From assembly GCF_009914755.1 (NCBI RefSeq), contig NC_060927.1: DNA of 64,000 nucleotides; one strand, given 5' to 3'. The DNA is from the human T2T-CHM13v2.0 reference genome, Homo sapiens. The stretch's first letter is position 1. Each line of letters begins with the position of its first letter. Positions 37,076 through 50,499 of this stretch are shown piece after piece. Position numbers and translations under genes: made by a program. Below the pieces are notes generated by a model, which saw only the letters and a list, made by a program, of their open reading frames with translations, did no database searches and was not told the origin of the DNA.

Positions 37076-40000
37076 GCAACGTGGAGCTTATCCATGCCAT
37101 GTTCTGGGACAGACACTGTTCCTGTGTGACCCTGGGCTGCCTTCTGACCTCTCCTGACCTCTGATACATCCAACAGTGCTATGCTGCCACCATCCCCCCT
37201 CTGGTTTTTCCCACTTTCCTGATAAACTACTTGGAGCTTCCAAACTCGGCCTGAGACTTTGATCCAAATTCTGCAACAAGTTCCGAGGAGGGCTCTTTTG
37301 CCTCATGGCTGTTCCTTTTCCATTTGGCAAAGCTGCATGTTTTCTTACTTCCAAATGTAATAAGCCCCGTCACTGTGCCACCCTCTTGTTTGTGCCTTGA
37401 TCTTTGCACCAGTATTCTTCAGGGGGCCGGCAGAATTCGGCTCTGCTCCCTAAATAGTGCTTGTTAGTTAATTGCCACTGCCCAGGGAGCATGAGAATGC
37501 ACAACTTTAGCTTTGTGGGGCTCCAACCAAAACAGAGAATATTTTCTTTTTCATTTCTCAGCAACTAAGGATAAGCTTTTTAAACAGAAATCGGAATCGC
37601 CATCTCAGCGGACATTCCTTCCTGAGGAGTCACTTGAAGATAAGTCAACCAAGAGTCTAGCTGCCTTGTTCCTGGAAGACCTCAGAGCTGTGAGCTAAAG
37701 AATGATGGCTGGCCCACGATAAGGGAAGACTGGGAAAGAGAGCACACAGGCTTCCCTGCAATACACTGTCTCTGGTACATGGTGACAAACAGGAGGCACA
37801 GGTATGCGCAGAAATTCCAAAAACATCATGCAGGCCAAGAGCACGACTTTGGCTGCCTTCTCCACCCACCACTGTCCTCAGACATCAACAAAGCAACCAA
37901 ATGGACTGGCCTTCCATTTTCTTCTGTTTCTCTCCAGATTTCTAATGAGCAGAGAAACTGTCACAGCAAGGAAGAATGAAGTGTAAGCAGATGACCCAAG
38001 GCTAAATTAAGTAAAATCCACTCTTCCTCATGTTCCCCATCACCCCTAGATGAGTTGGGCATCTTATTAAAATAATTATAATTTTGGAAAGTGCTTTTCC
38101 AAAAACAGAAATAACTTATCTCAAGGCCATTATAACTGGGATGCTGGCCCATATTAGATCTTAAAATCAGCATGAGAGTTTGCATTTTTATTTCACGGGC
38201 AGGTAGCGTTCTGCTGAGAGCCATCTGGAGGGCTGTCCTACTGTGGAGTCACTGCAGGTGGCGGAAGGGCTGTAACGGCCATCCCTGAGGAAATGGTCAA
38301 TTCCCATGCAGTGTTTGGGGAGGGCAGCTCCCAGGAGTGCACCCTGCATGGGGGTCAGGGCTGGCTGCGCCAGGCATGGGGGGAACTCAGCCTGGATGGA
38401 GAACTCTCCGCTGTCAGAAGCACCTCCAGCTCCCCAGCAAGAGGGCACTTCCGTGCAGTCAGGCAGAACAGCCTGGGCACTGTTCACGAAAGCCTAGGAG
38501 AGAAGGCTGGGCCATCCCTGTGCGACGTTAAGCATTTGTGCAGGACACAAGGACATATTCCATTTGAACCACAGGAACAAACGGGAAAACAAATTTGACA
38601 TTTATCTTTGATCAGACACATGTAGAAAGGGCTAAGCCTCATCCTACACACGCCCTGGACGTGTGGGGCTAACGCCTTTGAGGATTTCCTACTTCTTCCA
38701 CCATGAAACCCACCTCAGACAGGAGGCCAGACTCCAGGAAGACAGTGGGTACTCAGGGTGGAGACAGCATGTTCCTAAACAGCAAGTTAGGACTGAGAGG
38801 ATACATGGGGAGGGCCTGGGGCCAGGCAGTAGCGAGGATTCCAACCCCTAGGCTCTGCAGGCTCCTGCCGCCCTTCTTCCACCCGTGGAGAGCACAGCGC
38901 CATCGGCTCTACTGCCTTCTGCTGCCATCCCAGGGCTTTGCTGGCTCACATGGTGCATTTTCACGATTCCAACTCAAAGTGTGTTTCTAATCATCACTTG
39001 TGGAAATTTACCCAGAGGATGACTAAGTGCACAGTACAACCTGACTTGATCTGATGGAGAAAAAGACGACCAAGTGGAATTAACCATTTCTCTCATCTGA
39101 GGACTGGGCACAGGGCCGGCTCCAGCGAGGTATATGCAGCAACGATGGGAAACCCAGGCAGGAGACCGAGGCTGAGCCTCCAGAACCATGCAGAAGCACG
39201 CTGGAGGTCCAAGCTTCTGGAAGGGTCCAGTTCCTCCCAACTTCCCAAGGAAAATCTTATCCTCCTCCCTCCTTCTCTCAAAATACCTTCTTCCCGTTTA
39301 AATTGAATCAGGTATTTTTCAGTCCTGACATCATATCTGAAAGTTTCAAAGACAGAAAAGGTGAAAGAATTCCACAGTGAATGCTCCTGTGCCCCACCGC
39401 TTGTCTTCTACAACCAATGTTTCATTCCACTTGCTTTACTGCGAGTCCACCTCTGAGTCCAGCCTTCCCTTCCACGGTGGTCTGGAATCATCTCCTCCCC
39501 TGCTCTGGAAGGAGAGCCATGGAATCCTTTCTGTATGTTCCGTCTCACCCGACAGATGGAGGCAGAGCTGCTGAGGCTGGAAGAGGGAAGGCCCTGGGCA
39601 CGGAGCAGCTGTCTGCAGAGCCCTGAGCTCCATGAACCCGTCACAGACACCCGCTCCAAGATCCAACCCTTGCAAGGACGGTATCTATTCAGCAGGCCTG
39701 AGGCTCACAGCATGCTGAACATCACAGGGCAAGTGCCCAGGCCACCTTCCCTCCTCACTCAGTCTGGTGTCACCCGGCCCGCTTCAGTTCCCAGCTATGG
39801 GGAATGCACCTCATTTCCCCAGTCCCAGCCTCCCTGCCCCAACTGAGGGTTCATCAAGAGTGGCCTCGGGGAATGGGGATGAGGTCAGGGCACAAAGATG
39901 ACTGTCCTGTGGCATCTGCCATTCTGTCAGCACTTCTAGGAACCAAAAGTTACCCCTTCAGGGAACTGATATCATGGCTAGAACTTACTGGCTGTAGAAT

Positions 40001-40403
40001 CAGATTCATGTCTAGCTAAAAAAAAAAAAAAAAAAACCAGAAAGGAAAACTTGGGTGTTACACCTGAGGACCCAGACTAGCTCCCCTGCCAGAGTAGGAT
40101 ACAGGGAAGCTTTTCCAACCTTGTCACCCAAGAGCCCACAGTCCAAGTCCACAGTGGCAGCACCACCACCTGTGAACCGTGCCCAGAAAGCTTGGAAATG
40201 GTATGGGCAGACACCACTGCACCCCTAAGCATCCCATCCCCTCCAGAGCTCTGCCTTGCTCACAGCCCACCAGGCTCTGAAGTAGACCCTCTCAACACAG
40301 GCCTTTATCGTAAGCAAGCCCAAAAGATGAAAACTTGGCCCTGACATAATTAAAGGGGTGATTATCCACTTTATAGAGGAGAGTATATTTCACATTGCCT
40401 AGA

Positions 40404-40595
40404 ATAGTGGTTAGCAAGCTTCAGCCTGCGGCCCGACTGCCTGCTTCTGTCAATGTGACTTTATGGGCACATAGCCACACCCACCTGCTTATGTAATGTC
40501 TATGGCTGCTTTCTGCTGCAATGATGCAATCAAGTAGTCATGACAGAGACTCTGTGGCCCACAAAATCCAAAATATGTACCATGTGAACTTTTAA
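40404..40595 (+). mobile_element. MER58A (hAT-Charlie) element
   Basis: agccacacccac...gtctatggctgcttt...gacagagac..tgtggcccacaaa..c.aaaatat matches MER58A. Confidence 0.8.
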
Positions 40596-40681
40596 CAAGT
40601 GAGCATAATGCAATTGCAGAAGTTTCTTACTCTGAAAGTCTCCACTACCATTAATCAGACCCAGGGAATCCAGATACTTAC

Positions 40682-40753
40682 AGCTCTTTAAGATTCTTCA
40701 TCTTCACAAAGGCATCAAACTGGACAGATCTGATCGCATTCCCTCCAAGGTTC
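40682..40753 (-). CDS. LRIG1: LRIG1 exon 11 (one LRR: [24 protein letters not shown])
   Basis: 72 nt, phase 2-2, AG/GT. Confidence 0.94.
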
Positions 40754-41539
40754 CTGAAACAGAACATACATTACTTATGCAAAGAAACCCTAGGTACACC
40801 TGAGGGGTTTTCAGGACAGTCCTGGTTTCACAGATGACCCACAGGGACTAGCCAGACCTGTGTCCTAACTACTATAAGTGGCTGTTGTTTCCCAAATCGC
40901 AACACAAGCCCATGGAATGACTCAGGAGCCAAGCCAGCCTTAGGGCACCATCAAAGCTGGGCTGAGGCCTGCTCAGCAAGGCAAAACCTTTCCCAACAGA
41001 GTTAGAGTCAAACTTGATTCAAAGAGGAAACAAACTAAGAATCACATACATGAGGCATCCTCCCCAGATGGCAACAGCATGACTGTCTCGGGTGGCTCTG
41101 TTCCCTTCCTCCCAGGGTCTCAGAAGCAACCACACCAAACTGGTTCAGCCCAGCACCTACTCTGCATTGTTAAGCTGCTTTAATGGAGGCAACAGGCTTG
41201 GCCAGGAGGAAGCGCGTTGGTGGAAGAGGCAATGAGGCCAGGGGTCCATGAAGGAGCCAGTGCAGGGGTTAGGCTGCGCAGCAGGAGCGGGGAGGGTATT
41301 TATCCAAATACCAACTGAATTAACTGGGAGCACATCCACTGGCCATATGTTCTGTAACTGTTCCTGGCATAGGCAACATAAAGGCCAAAGCTGAAGCTGA
41401 CATAATGAGAAGGAAGCAGCTGGTGTTTCCAAATAGCCTGTTTCTCAGTTTACAAAGATGCGATTAAATTGCTAGCAGAACTCCCCGGCAGCCGCATTCA
41501 GCAGGCTGTGCCTCAGGGCAGGGCTGGTGAGATACTCAC

Positions 41540-41611
41540 AGGTGCTCCAGGCCTTCCAGCCCCGAGAATGCTCTCTTAGCCACAGACTTGATCTTGTTTC
41601 CAAACAGAGTC
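41540..41611 (-). CDS. LRIG1: LRIG1 exon 10 (one LRR: [24 protein letters not shown])
   Basis: 72 nt, phase 2-2, GTGAGT donor. Confidence 0.94.
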
Positions 41612-42060
41612 CTGTAGTTTCCAAACATCCAGAAATTAAGGCCAGGGAAGGAAAGCGAAACAGGAAGGGTTGAGAGAAAGAAAAAGAAAAAGAAAACACA
41701 CAATTAAGGTAGTGCTACCTGATAAGTCTGTCCAGTGAGGGGCAGGTGGAAAGCTGACCTGCGCTGAGATTACGGGTTTGAGGCACGCAGGCCTTCCCCT
41801 TTCTGAAATGAAATACTTTTATCTTTATTAGAATTTAATAGTGATGATAGGCTGGAATTGCATGTGCCGTCTGGCCTAAAAAAGGCCCCTCCCAGTGTTA
41901 GGCAGAAATCACCTTGTCTGGCCCAGTCTCTCTCCAAGGACCACCAACCCTTGGGTGGTGAAGTTTAGTGATGGAGAGATGAGACTGATTATGGTTTCAG
42001 TGAGAGGAAGCTGAGTCAAAAAAGGAAAGAAAAATCTTCGGAATTAAAACTGCTGACCAT

Positions 42061-42595
<535 letters not shown>

Positions 42596-44178
42596 TTACA
42601 TGATGTCAGTGGGCCAACCTCCAACGTTATCGCTAGTGCCTGTCCCCTTCCTGGACTGCCTGCTCATAAAAAGGGGTTCCTGCCTCCAGGCAACTCTGAT
42701 CCCAGCCTTAGCAGTAACTGTTAAGAGTTCTCCCAGAAACCAAAGTCTGCGCCCCTGCAGAACACATGGAAGAAATGAGTGCCTCCTCCACCACACTGTG
42801 TGATCTAAAGGGAAGCTTGTCTCTCTGCAGGGAAGCCCCTAGGGTGGACACTGGGAATGAAGAGAATCGAGTTTTCCCCTCCCCGTTATCATGTTCTCTG
42901 ATGAGAACCCACCAAAGGCATTCCCTCTAATCCTGATGGCACAGGAGACTACCAGGGAACAACCAAAGGCAGTGCTGACCATCAGCTTCGTGGACTTGTC
43001 AATCTTAAGGTACACCAGGATCTAACAGGCTGGCTAAGAATACCGATTGCTGGGAGCCAACTCCTGGTGATTCTCAGCGTCAACAGGTCTGTCCAAGGCA
43101 ATGGGGTGCAGGTGGGCAGGAGAGGAAGCCCCTGGAGAAAGCCCATCTGGCCCAGCCCCCTACTGGGAAGGGGACTCTTGGTCCAGGATCTCACCTAGCA
43201 TCGGGGAAGAGACCGGACTAGAAGCCATCTCCACCTTCAGCCTGCATTAAGACTGGGACCCATAAGGGAAAACAAGAAGCCCCAGCCCCTTCCTGAAAGG
43301 AGGAAAAGAAAGGAAATATAAGCCCTGAAGCAAACCAAAGATGGCAGGGCAGCCTGGGACCTGCCCACCACACGGGCCGCTGCTTCTTCCTGACTGCAAC
43401 AGGCCTCCTGGGAACCGCTTGGGCAGGTACCAGGAGGCTGCCTCCTGGAAACACAGGCTCACAGCAGAGCCAGAGGGAGGCACCACCAGTCCGTGTGGCC
43501 AGCTTCCAGGGCAGCCACTCCACAGGGGCTGCCTGACCCTCCGTTTCATCAGAAACAGACTCCCTCCCTGGGGGCCACCATTCAGGTTGACCCCAGCACT
43601 AACTGCAAGCTCAGCCCTCAGACAAAGCCAGCTCTGTTTCCTGCCTCCGGACGGTGAAGGGGCAAACGGGCCAGAGACCCTCTGCGTTTTCTTTCTTTCA
43701 GGCCGTCTGCATGAATGTGAAAACAATCGCATTCTGAAAGCGTTTCCACACCTCTCTTCAGTCTGAAACTTTTATTTTAAAACAAATAAACCAAACACAC
43801 AGAAAAGCTGATGGCCATGCTAACTTAGGCTCTTTAACCACAAAACTCGCCAGCAAGTAACAGCTCATGGGGCACTGCACCCCGAGCGCTTCAGAGAGCA
43901 CTGCCAACTTCTACTCTTACTCAGATCCCCCCGCCCAGGCACTGTGTGCCCCAGGTCCCAGTAAAAACGCATTGAACTGTTTAGTGAAATCTCCTGTAAA
44001 TGAGATCCAGGAAAAAGCTGCGCTTTATTTCATCCATTAAATATTAGTCACATTGACCTGTTTTACAATGAGGGCAGGCTGTTATTTTTAACGGTGACAA
44101 TAGCAATAAAATAAATTCTCAAATTCTCAATTATGCAGGGGCTAATCATCTTGTTGGTAGATTAGGCAGGGTCCTTAC

Positions 44179-44250
44179 CTTCCCCCAGCAGACATATGGG
44201 GCTGGGACGGGGAGCTGCAGCCAGCAGACTGGGATGGCTCTAATAAAAGG
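44179..44250 (-). CDS. LRIG1: LRIG1 alternative 72-nt cassette exon (LLLEPSQSAGCSSPSQPHMSAGGR)
   Basis: ctcctttctcctggcagcag acceptor, AAG|GTAAGG donor, phase 2-2 matching flanking exons; peptide matches my recollection of a minor annotated LRIG1 isoform insertion. Confidence 0.7.
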
Positions 44251-47200
44251 CTGCTGCCAGGAGAAAGGAGAGGCGGGATTATGGGCTGGGAGGACACTAT
44301 TTCTGTACCACAGCCGGGCTCCCTTTCAGAAGGAACACCTGGCCTGACCTCCCCAGCACCAACCTGGAACAGAAAGCGACCTGCGGGAGTCACCTGTCAA
44401 ACCTCCCATCCATCTCCTGGCCAACCCAGCCAACAGCTCCAAAGGCCTGGTTAGCGCTTGCCAAATCAAGTGGCAGGTACTGGGGGCAATGCTCACATGG
44501 GTCCTTGTACTCATGTCCTTGGAAGTAGCCGCGACATGTGCACTAGCCCCCGCTTCCCACCCACACACACAATGAGTTCCACTGCAGGCCCGGCCCCCAC
44601 ATAGGCAGGGATGGAGGCTGCGCTCACATCAGCTCTGCAAGATCCCCCAAACATGCCCCTTCCCATGTGCCCTGTGTGGGACTCTGCCCCTCCCTCCGAG
44701 GAATGCCGTGGAGCCAGCTGGAACCACTGGGCAGGAAGTCGCATACCCAGGTCACTAACTGCTCCTCTCTGCCTGTAATTTGGGATCCAGAAATTCTCCC
44801 TTCCCTCCCGCGTACTGACTCTGTGCCATCGTGCAGGCCCCAGCCCGGGAACCGCACAACCATTTGGAAACAGGCCCTGGAGTGGGTCTACAGCAGAATC
44901 CCAGACCAGTTAGGAAGAAAGGCATGCGCTGGGGTCTAGGAACATTCCCACCCTGCTGGGAAGCTCCAGTGTGAGGAACTCTCCAACACAGCTGTGTGCG
45001 TAAGCTGGAAAAATTAAGGGCAGGTCAGCATCCACCCCAAATTCACAGAGAGGCCGTTTATGGCTCTGCTACTCACATCTCCCTTTCTTGGAAAACATTT
45101 TAATTTAGGTCTGACCTCTTCCTTGAGTAACTCAGCGAAGGCAGGGGTCTCTACCTTCCCATCCTAGGGCAGACCCTGAACACAAGCTCCTTGAGCTCTC
45201 CAAAAACAAACCCACACCAAATGAAGGGACTCAGGCACTGGCTGCACTCCCCACAGGACGGATCAGCTGCTCTAGAGGGGCGGCTCTTCTCTGTGCTAAC
45301 ACGCACCCCACTTCTCAGTGGATCCTAACAGGCCGGCACTGGGCCACTCCCACAGAGCAACACAGTGCTGTCTGTGGTCACTTCTCTCAGCCAGGGCCAC
45401 AGCGCAGAACTTTCCTGGAATGTTCTGAGTAGGCGGGTGGGGAGGGGACCAAAGAGGCACTGGGTTCTTCCTCTGTCCCTCCCTTCATTCAACAAACATC
45501 GACTCAACACCTGTGATAGGCCAAACACAGCAGTTTTTACATAGCCCTGTGTACCATGATCATATGAGAAGCATTTACTTCTCCGGTTCCCTTTCAATGT
45601 GGAAATTTGCACATACCATGCTAGGTAGACGGAGTAGTATCCTGAACCCCAAGTGCCCGTGACACAGTGCCAATCCTCCTCCGGTCGTGCCAATCTCACC
45701 TCATCTCTACCTCTAGCCACTGCCCGTTCTCAAACCCAGCAGGAGTTTATGGAATCCAAATCATAGGCATCATACCATTTTCTTTATCCAAGAAGAAAAT
45801 GATTCATTTTTTTCTTTTGCCACATAACCATGATAGCATCACACTTAAATAAGTGATTGCATATATTTAATCATATTAAGGAATTCTTGTTTATTTATTG
45901 TCCCAGCTTCCCCACTTGGATGCATGTCTTTCTCTCTCACCCTTTTTCAAACATACACAGAGTCTCCAGCCCCAAGATGCTGACTCAGTGGCTGGGTGGG
46001 GTGAGGCTTCGATTTTAACAAGTTCCCAGGAGTCTCAGGACCAGCTCACTACAAACAACATTATGTGAGTGAGGAAAGCAGGGGCTTGGGCTGACCTCTT
46101 GGGGCTCAGGTGGAAGAGCTGAGCCTAGTCCAGCAGGGGGACAAAGGAGAAAGCACCAGGGCACAGAGGGCGGGCACTCAGGAAGGCAGTGGCGGACTCA
46201 TGCAGCACTGGAAGCCCAGGCGACCCAGGGCCAGGCACACCTCACGGGCCTTCTGTATTGAGACAGAGCCTCCTGGAAGCCATGACACCCAGGAAACGGC
46301 TCCAGGTTCCTCCAGACTGACACGCCCCACGAGGAACCTGGCAGTGCTGCCCACTCTCACCACCCTCACCCTTCAATCGGTTATGGCCGAGGTCAGGGAG
46401 GCTTATGCTGAGTGGTGGCGCCAGTGCTGAACACCTCAGCAGCCACATCCCAGGCCTGGAGCTCTTCTTGCTAAGAAGGCCTCTGCCCCACCCCACTTGG
46501 TACTTCTGGCTCTTCCCAGGTTTGCCCCGTATGGGATAAAAAGGGGTCACGTATGGGTTAAAGGCTGGGGAAAATCAGCATTGTTTTAGGGACAATAAGG
46601 AGAAGAATCACTGATAAGCATCTCCGACATGCTGCTGGAGTACAGGACGCTCAAGAAGTACCTTCTTCAGACAGCCAACAGAGCTTATTCCTAAGCAGGA
46701 CCCTTGTATATAAAAGGTGCAAAAAGCCACGCTTTTCAAAACAAATCAGAAGCATCTACTATATAAAAAGACTCTCCCTACCACAGGCTCTCCTCTATCA
46801 TCGAGCTCCACTAGGGCTTTCCAAATATTTACTTGACACTCGCACTCTGCTGAGCTCCCCGTCACTGGGGACGGGCTGGGGGAATCGAGCGGCAGCCGTC
46901 CTCTCTGTCTTGCCCTCCTCCAGTCTTCCCTCCGAGCTGCTAGTAAACAGTAATAATGACTCTCGTCCCCTTCCTGCACGGTCCTTGGGTGGCATCTGCA
47001 GAAAGTGCTGGTTACACGCAGAGAAAACAGGGCGGGCCAAGGGGAAGGGAACGTGGGCTTTGGAGCCAAACAAGCAAATCCTGAGCCTGCCACTTGCCAG
47101 CCGTGTAGTTTTGGGCAAAATCCCCTCACTTCTCTTTCCTCAACTAATAAAGAGGTTGCCTAACAGAGCCTGCCCTCATGAGATCATTAGGTACAACACA

Positions 47201-47744
47201 CACAGGTGCTTGGCAGATTAACTGGCAAAATCTAGGAGCTAGCTAGGAAAAAAAAGAAAAAGACCCCAAACCATACATTCAAAATAGCTGCTACTACGAC
47301 CCTTGGAAATGACGTGGTTATTTGAGATGATGGTTAATGACGAAAGTACTGACAGGAGCCCCACCGCCCTCACACCTTACTGACCTTTACACAACTTTGA
47401 GAAACCCAGTAACAGGGCAAGACTCCTTTGTACAAAGGGCAACAGCAAATTCAGCAGTTTTCATGTGAGTTGTGAGTGAAGCCCAAGAGAAGCTCCACCA
47501 GCCGCCAAACGCCGGGTTGCCAGCCCCCAAGAACCCAACACCCAGGCCATCAAGGAGTGGGGTGTCCCCCACCCTCTTCTTCAAACTCTTCTCCACAAAC
47601 AAAACAAGCTCTGCCCCAAACAAAAGCCAGCTCCTCTTCCGCCTGGGCCCAGAGCAGAGAGGCGCGGGGGGCGCCACAGAAACATCTCCCACCCAAGTGT
47701 GTCCCGCGCATTTGCCGGCGGAGCTCCGTGCGGCGGATACTCAC

Positions 47745-47825
47745 AGCTTGCTGAGGCTGTCGAGCCCTGAGAAGGCGCCGCTCGTGTCCTCTATTGTGCC
47801 CGAAATCTCGTTATGGTCCAGATCC
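47745..47825 (-). CDS. LRIG1: LRIG1 exon 9 ([27 protein letters not shown])
   Basis: 81 nt, phase 2-2, AG/GT. Confidence 0.95.
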
Positions 47826-49894
47826 CTGGGGAGAGGACAGAAAGCAGCTCACCGAGCAGTCGGGGCGTGAAGGGAAAGCAAACTCTCACCCAGCCTGCTG
47901 CTCGGAAGCTGAAGTCCCCTGGGTGCATGCACCCTGGAGGCACAGCCGGGACGTAGGGTGAAGAGACACGTGGCCCTGGGAGGGAAGCCCTGTTTCTCAG
48001 CCTTCCAACCAAGATGACACATGCCTTAGACAAGAAACTTCCCTGGGCTCCACCTGCCTCCCTGTCTGCGGAGGCCACACTCAAGGGAAGGGAGGTGGTG
48101 CAGACAGCCCAGTCTGTATTCTGCCCCGAGAGAGCGGACATCTGGCCCCAGCACTGAGAATCAACCCAAAAGGTTCCTTAAGGCTCCCGTCTGCTCTCAT
48201 ACCAACCAGAGTCCCTTTTCTGGACATGACCGAGAAACTGCAGAAAGCACATGGAAGAAAGAGACCCGGCACAGGGCCGGCCCGTGGGCGCCTCCGTACC
48301 AGCCAGTGGGTCTGGAGCCCGGAGCCCATCTCCTCCCAAGGCCTGCAGGGCGCTGACTCTGAGCCAGGGAGGACATCTGGGTGCTGAGTCAGACTTGTGA
48401 CCCACTCGCCAGGATCAGAGGGATGAGGCCAACTCAGCCCAGGCCCCTCCAACAATGCAAATCCCATGGCCGATGACTCAATGGCTTCCCAGCTTCCAGG
48501 AGCAGGTCACAGTGCCCAGGCGAGACATCACACCTGGAGACCAGGCCCCCATCCTGCCCTCTCCAACTTTCCACAAGGTTCTTGGTTCTTAAATTTTCCC
48601 CCCGAGCCCTTGCAGACACAGGCCAGGGAGAGAAAAGGAACTCTTGTCTCCTGTGAGAAGCTGCAGCAGGAATCAATGCTGCCAGCAGAGAGGGCAGCTC
48701 TGACTGAAGAGTGAAATGCTGGCGGTGACCTTTCTTGTCACAGCAGGAAGGTCAAATAGTGGAGATTCTGCTGCTGGAAGGGACTTCTCCTCTCAATGGG
48801 TTCCTTCCTATCATCTGCATACTGAAAAAACCAGGAACCAGGGACCCGGGGCTGTGGCTTTGTGTGCCTGTCTCTCTGCTCCTAGCCCTGGCTGCCAAAG
48901 TTTTTCTCTCCTTTCTGGCCCGCTCAGTCTGAATGTTCCCAGCCTTGTTATTTGGGCCTTGTATGGGCTCACAGGCTGACCTGGCCTGAATAGCTTGGCT
49001 CCGGCCTCTTTCACACTCCCTGGCAATGGCTCCACATTAAAGCCGGCTCTGCCAGGTGCAAGTGCAAAGGCCTCCCTCCCTGTCACACTGGAACAGATCC
49101 CTCTCTGTGCAGTGGATTACGCCTGAGAAGGAGACCCTAGAACCCGCCACCACTGTCCTCTGAAACCTGCATGCCCCTCTCTGGGGGTTTTATGCTGACA
49201 GCTGCTTGGAAGTTCTATGAAGCCAACCATGGAAAAGTTTTATACAAGCCTCAGAAAAGCATCCTGCAGCCACTTTTGCCAACCCCATCTAATTAGGGAC
49301 TTCAAGGGAAATGGCATTAGCACCTCCACTTTGTTAACTGACCCCCGACGAGGTACAAGGAGAGACACAGGATTCCCTAAGTGCTGCTTTTGGAAAGGAG
49401 GCATCTTGGTACAGGTTATGCTGAAGAAGTTCAAATGCTCAGACGAGAGATGCACTGCAGTATTCCCATGGTTTAGAGAAAAAATATTCAGGACTTGGAA
49501 GTTGCAGCTGAAGACTCAAGATGGGAAAGACTGACCCACGGCTGCCGAACTGGAGGCTGCACCAGGCGCTCAGCGTGGGGAAGCTTTTTCCAACACTAGG
49601 AGCCAGCATCCTGTCCAGCACAACGTGGGCATCACTGCTTGAGAACAACTACTTTTTAGGAGCTGCCATCCCTCTCTAGGCACCATCCTGGGGAAATGAG
49701 AGATTTTTCTGCTTAACCAGTTCTTTTTCAGTTGATTACATAAAAGTTTGAGACTCTGCACATAGAGCAAGCCAGCTTTGGATCCAATTCTGACTCGAAG
49801 CCAACGCAAATGGAGTTCAACAAAGCAGATGGTTTGCTCTATTCTGCTCTCCCCACTGGGGACCCCTTTATCCTGTCAGTAGTGGGAGACGTAC

Positions 49895-50038
49895 AAGACT
49901 CGCAGGCTCCTGAGTCCCTTGAAGGCACCCTCCGCAATGTGGCTGATGGAATTGTGGCTGAGACGCAGGACACTCAGGCTGCTCAGCTCGGCCAGGCTCT
50001 CCTCGTCCAGCCGTGTCAGGTTGTTGAAGGACAGGACC
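49895..50038 (-). CDS. LRIG1: LRIG1 exon 8 (two LRRs)
   Basis: 144 nt, phase 2-2; [10 protein letters not shown]...[10 protein letters not shown]. Confidence 0.96.
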
Positions 50039-50480
50039 CTGAGGAAAGGGAGGGCAGCAATGTCACCATCTAGTGTGGTTGCCCCCCAACCCCACCCCAC
50101 CGGAAATTGGGCCACAGTCAGCTGGGTTTCAGTGGGAAATGACACAGATGCACACGCACGCGCGTGCGCGCACACACACACACCCACACCCACAGAATCC
50201 TGGGGGTAAAAGTGGCCATGCAGCTAGAAACTCATCAGTGCCCAACACACTAGTCTGACTCGTAGAATGGGTGCATAGGTCACAGGGGCCAGGGTGGCTG
50301 TTAAACTGTGAAGACTACACACGAGGTCATGACACACAACAACTCTCAAGCTCCAGCGCCTTCATGCTGTCCAAGGCAGCTCCTGATTCAGGCTACAAAA
50401 GACCTCTCTCATAGCAGAAGCCTGGGATTCTGGAGATGACCCCGCAGCAAGCCAGGGAGCCCCAGTCACACTCCCTGCAT

Positions 50481-50499
50481 CTGCCAGCAGAGGGCACCA
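50481..50499 (+). promoter_or_regulatory. Candidate CTCF binding motif
   Basis: ctgCCAGCAGAGGGCACca matches CCASYAGRKGGCRS core; motif only. Confidence 0.45.
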
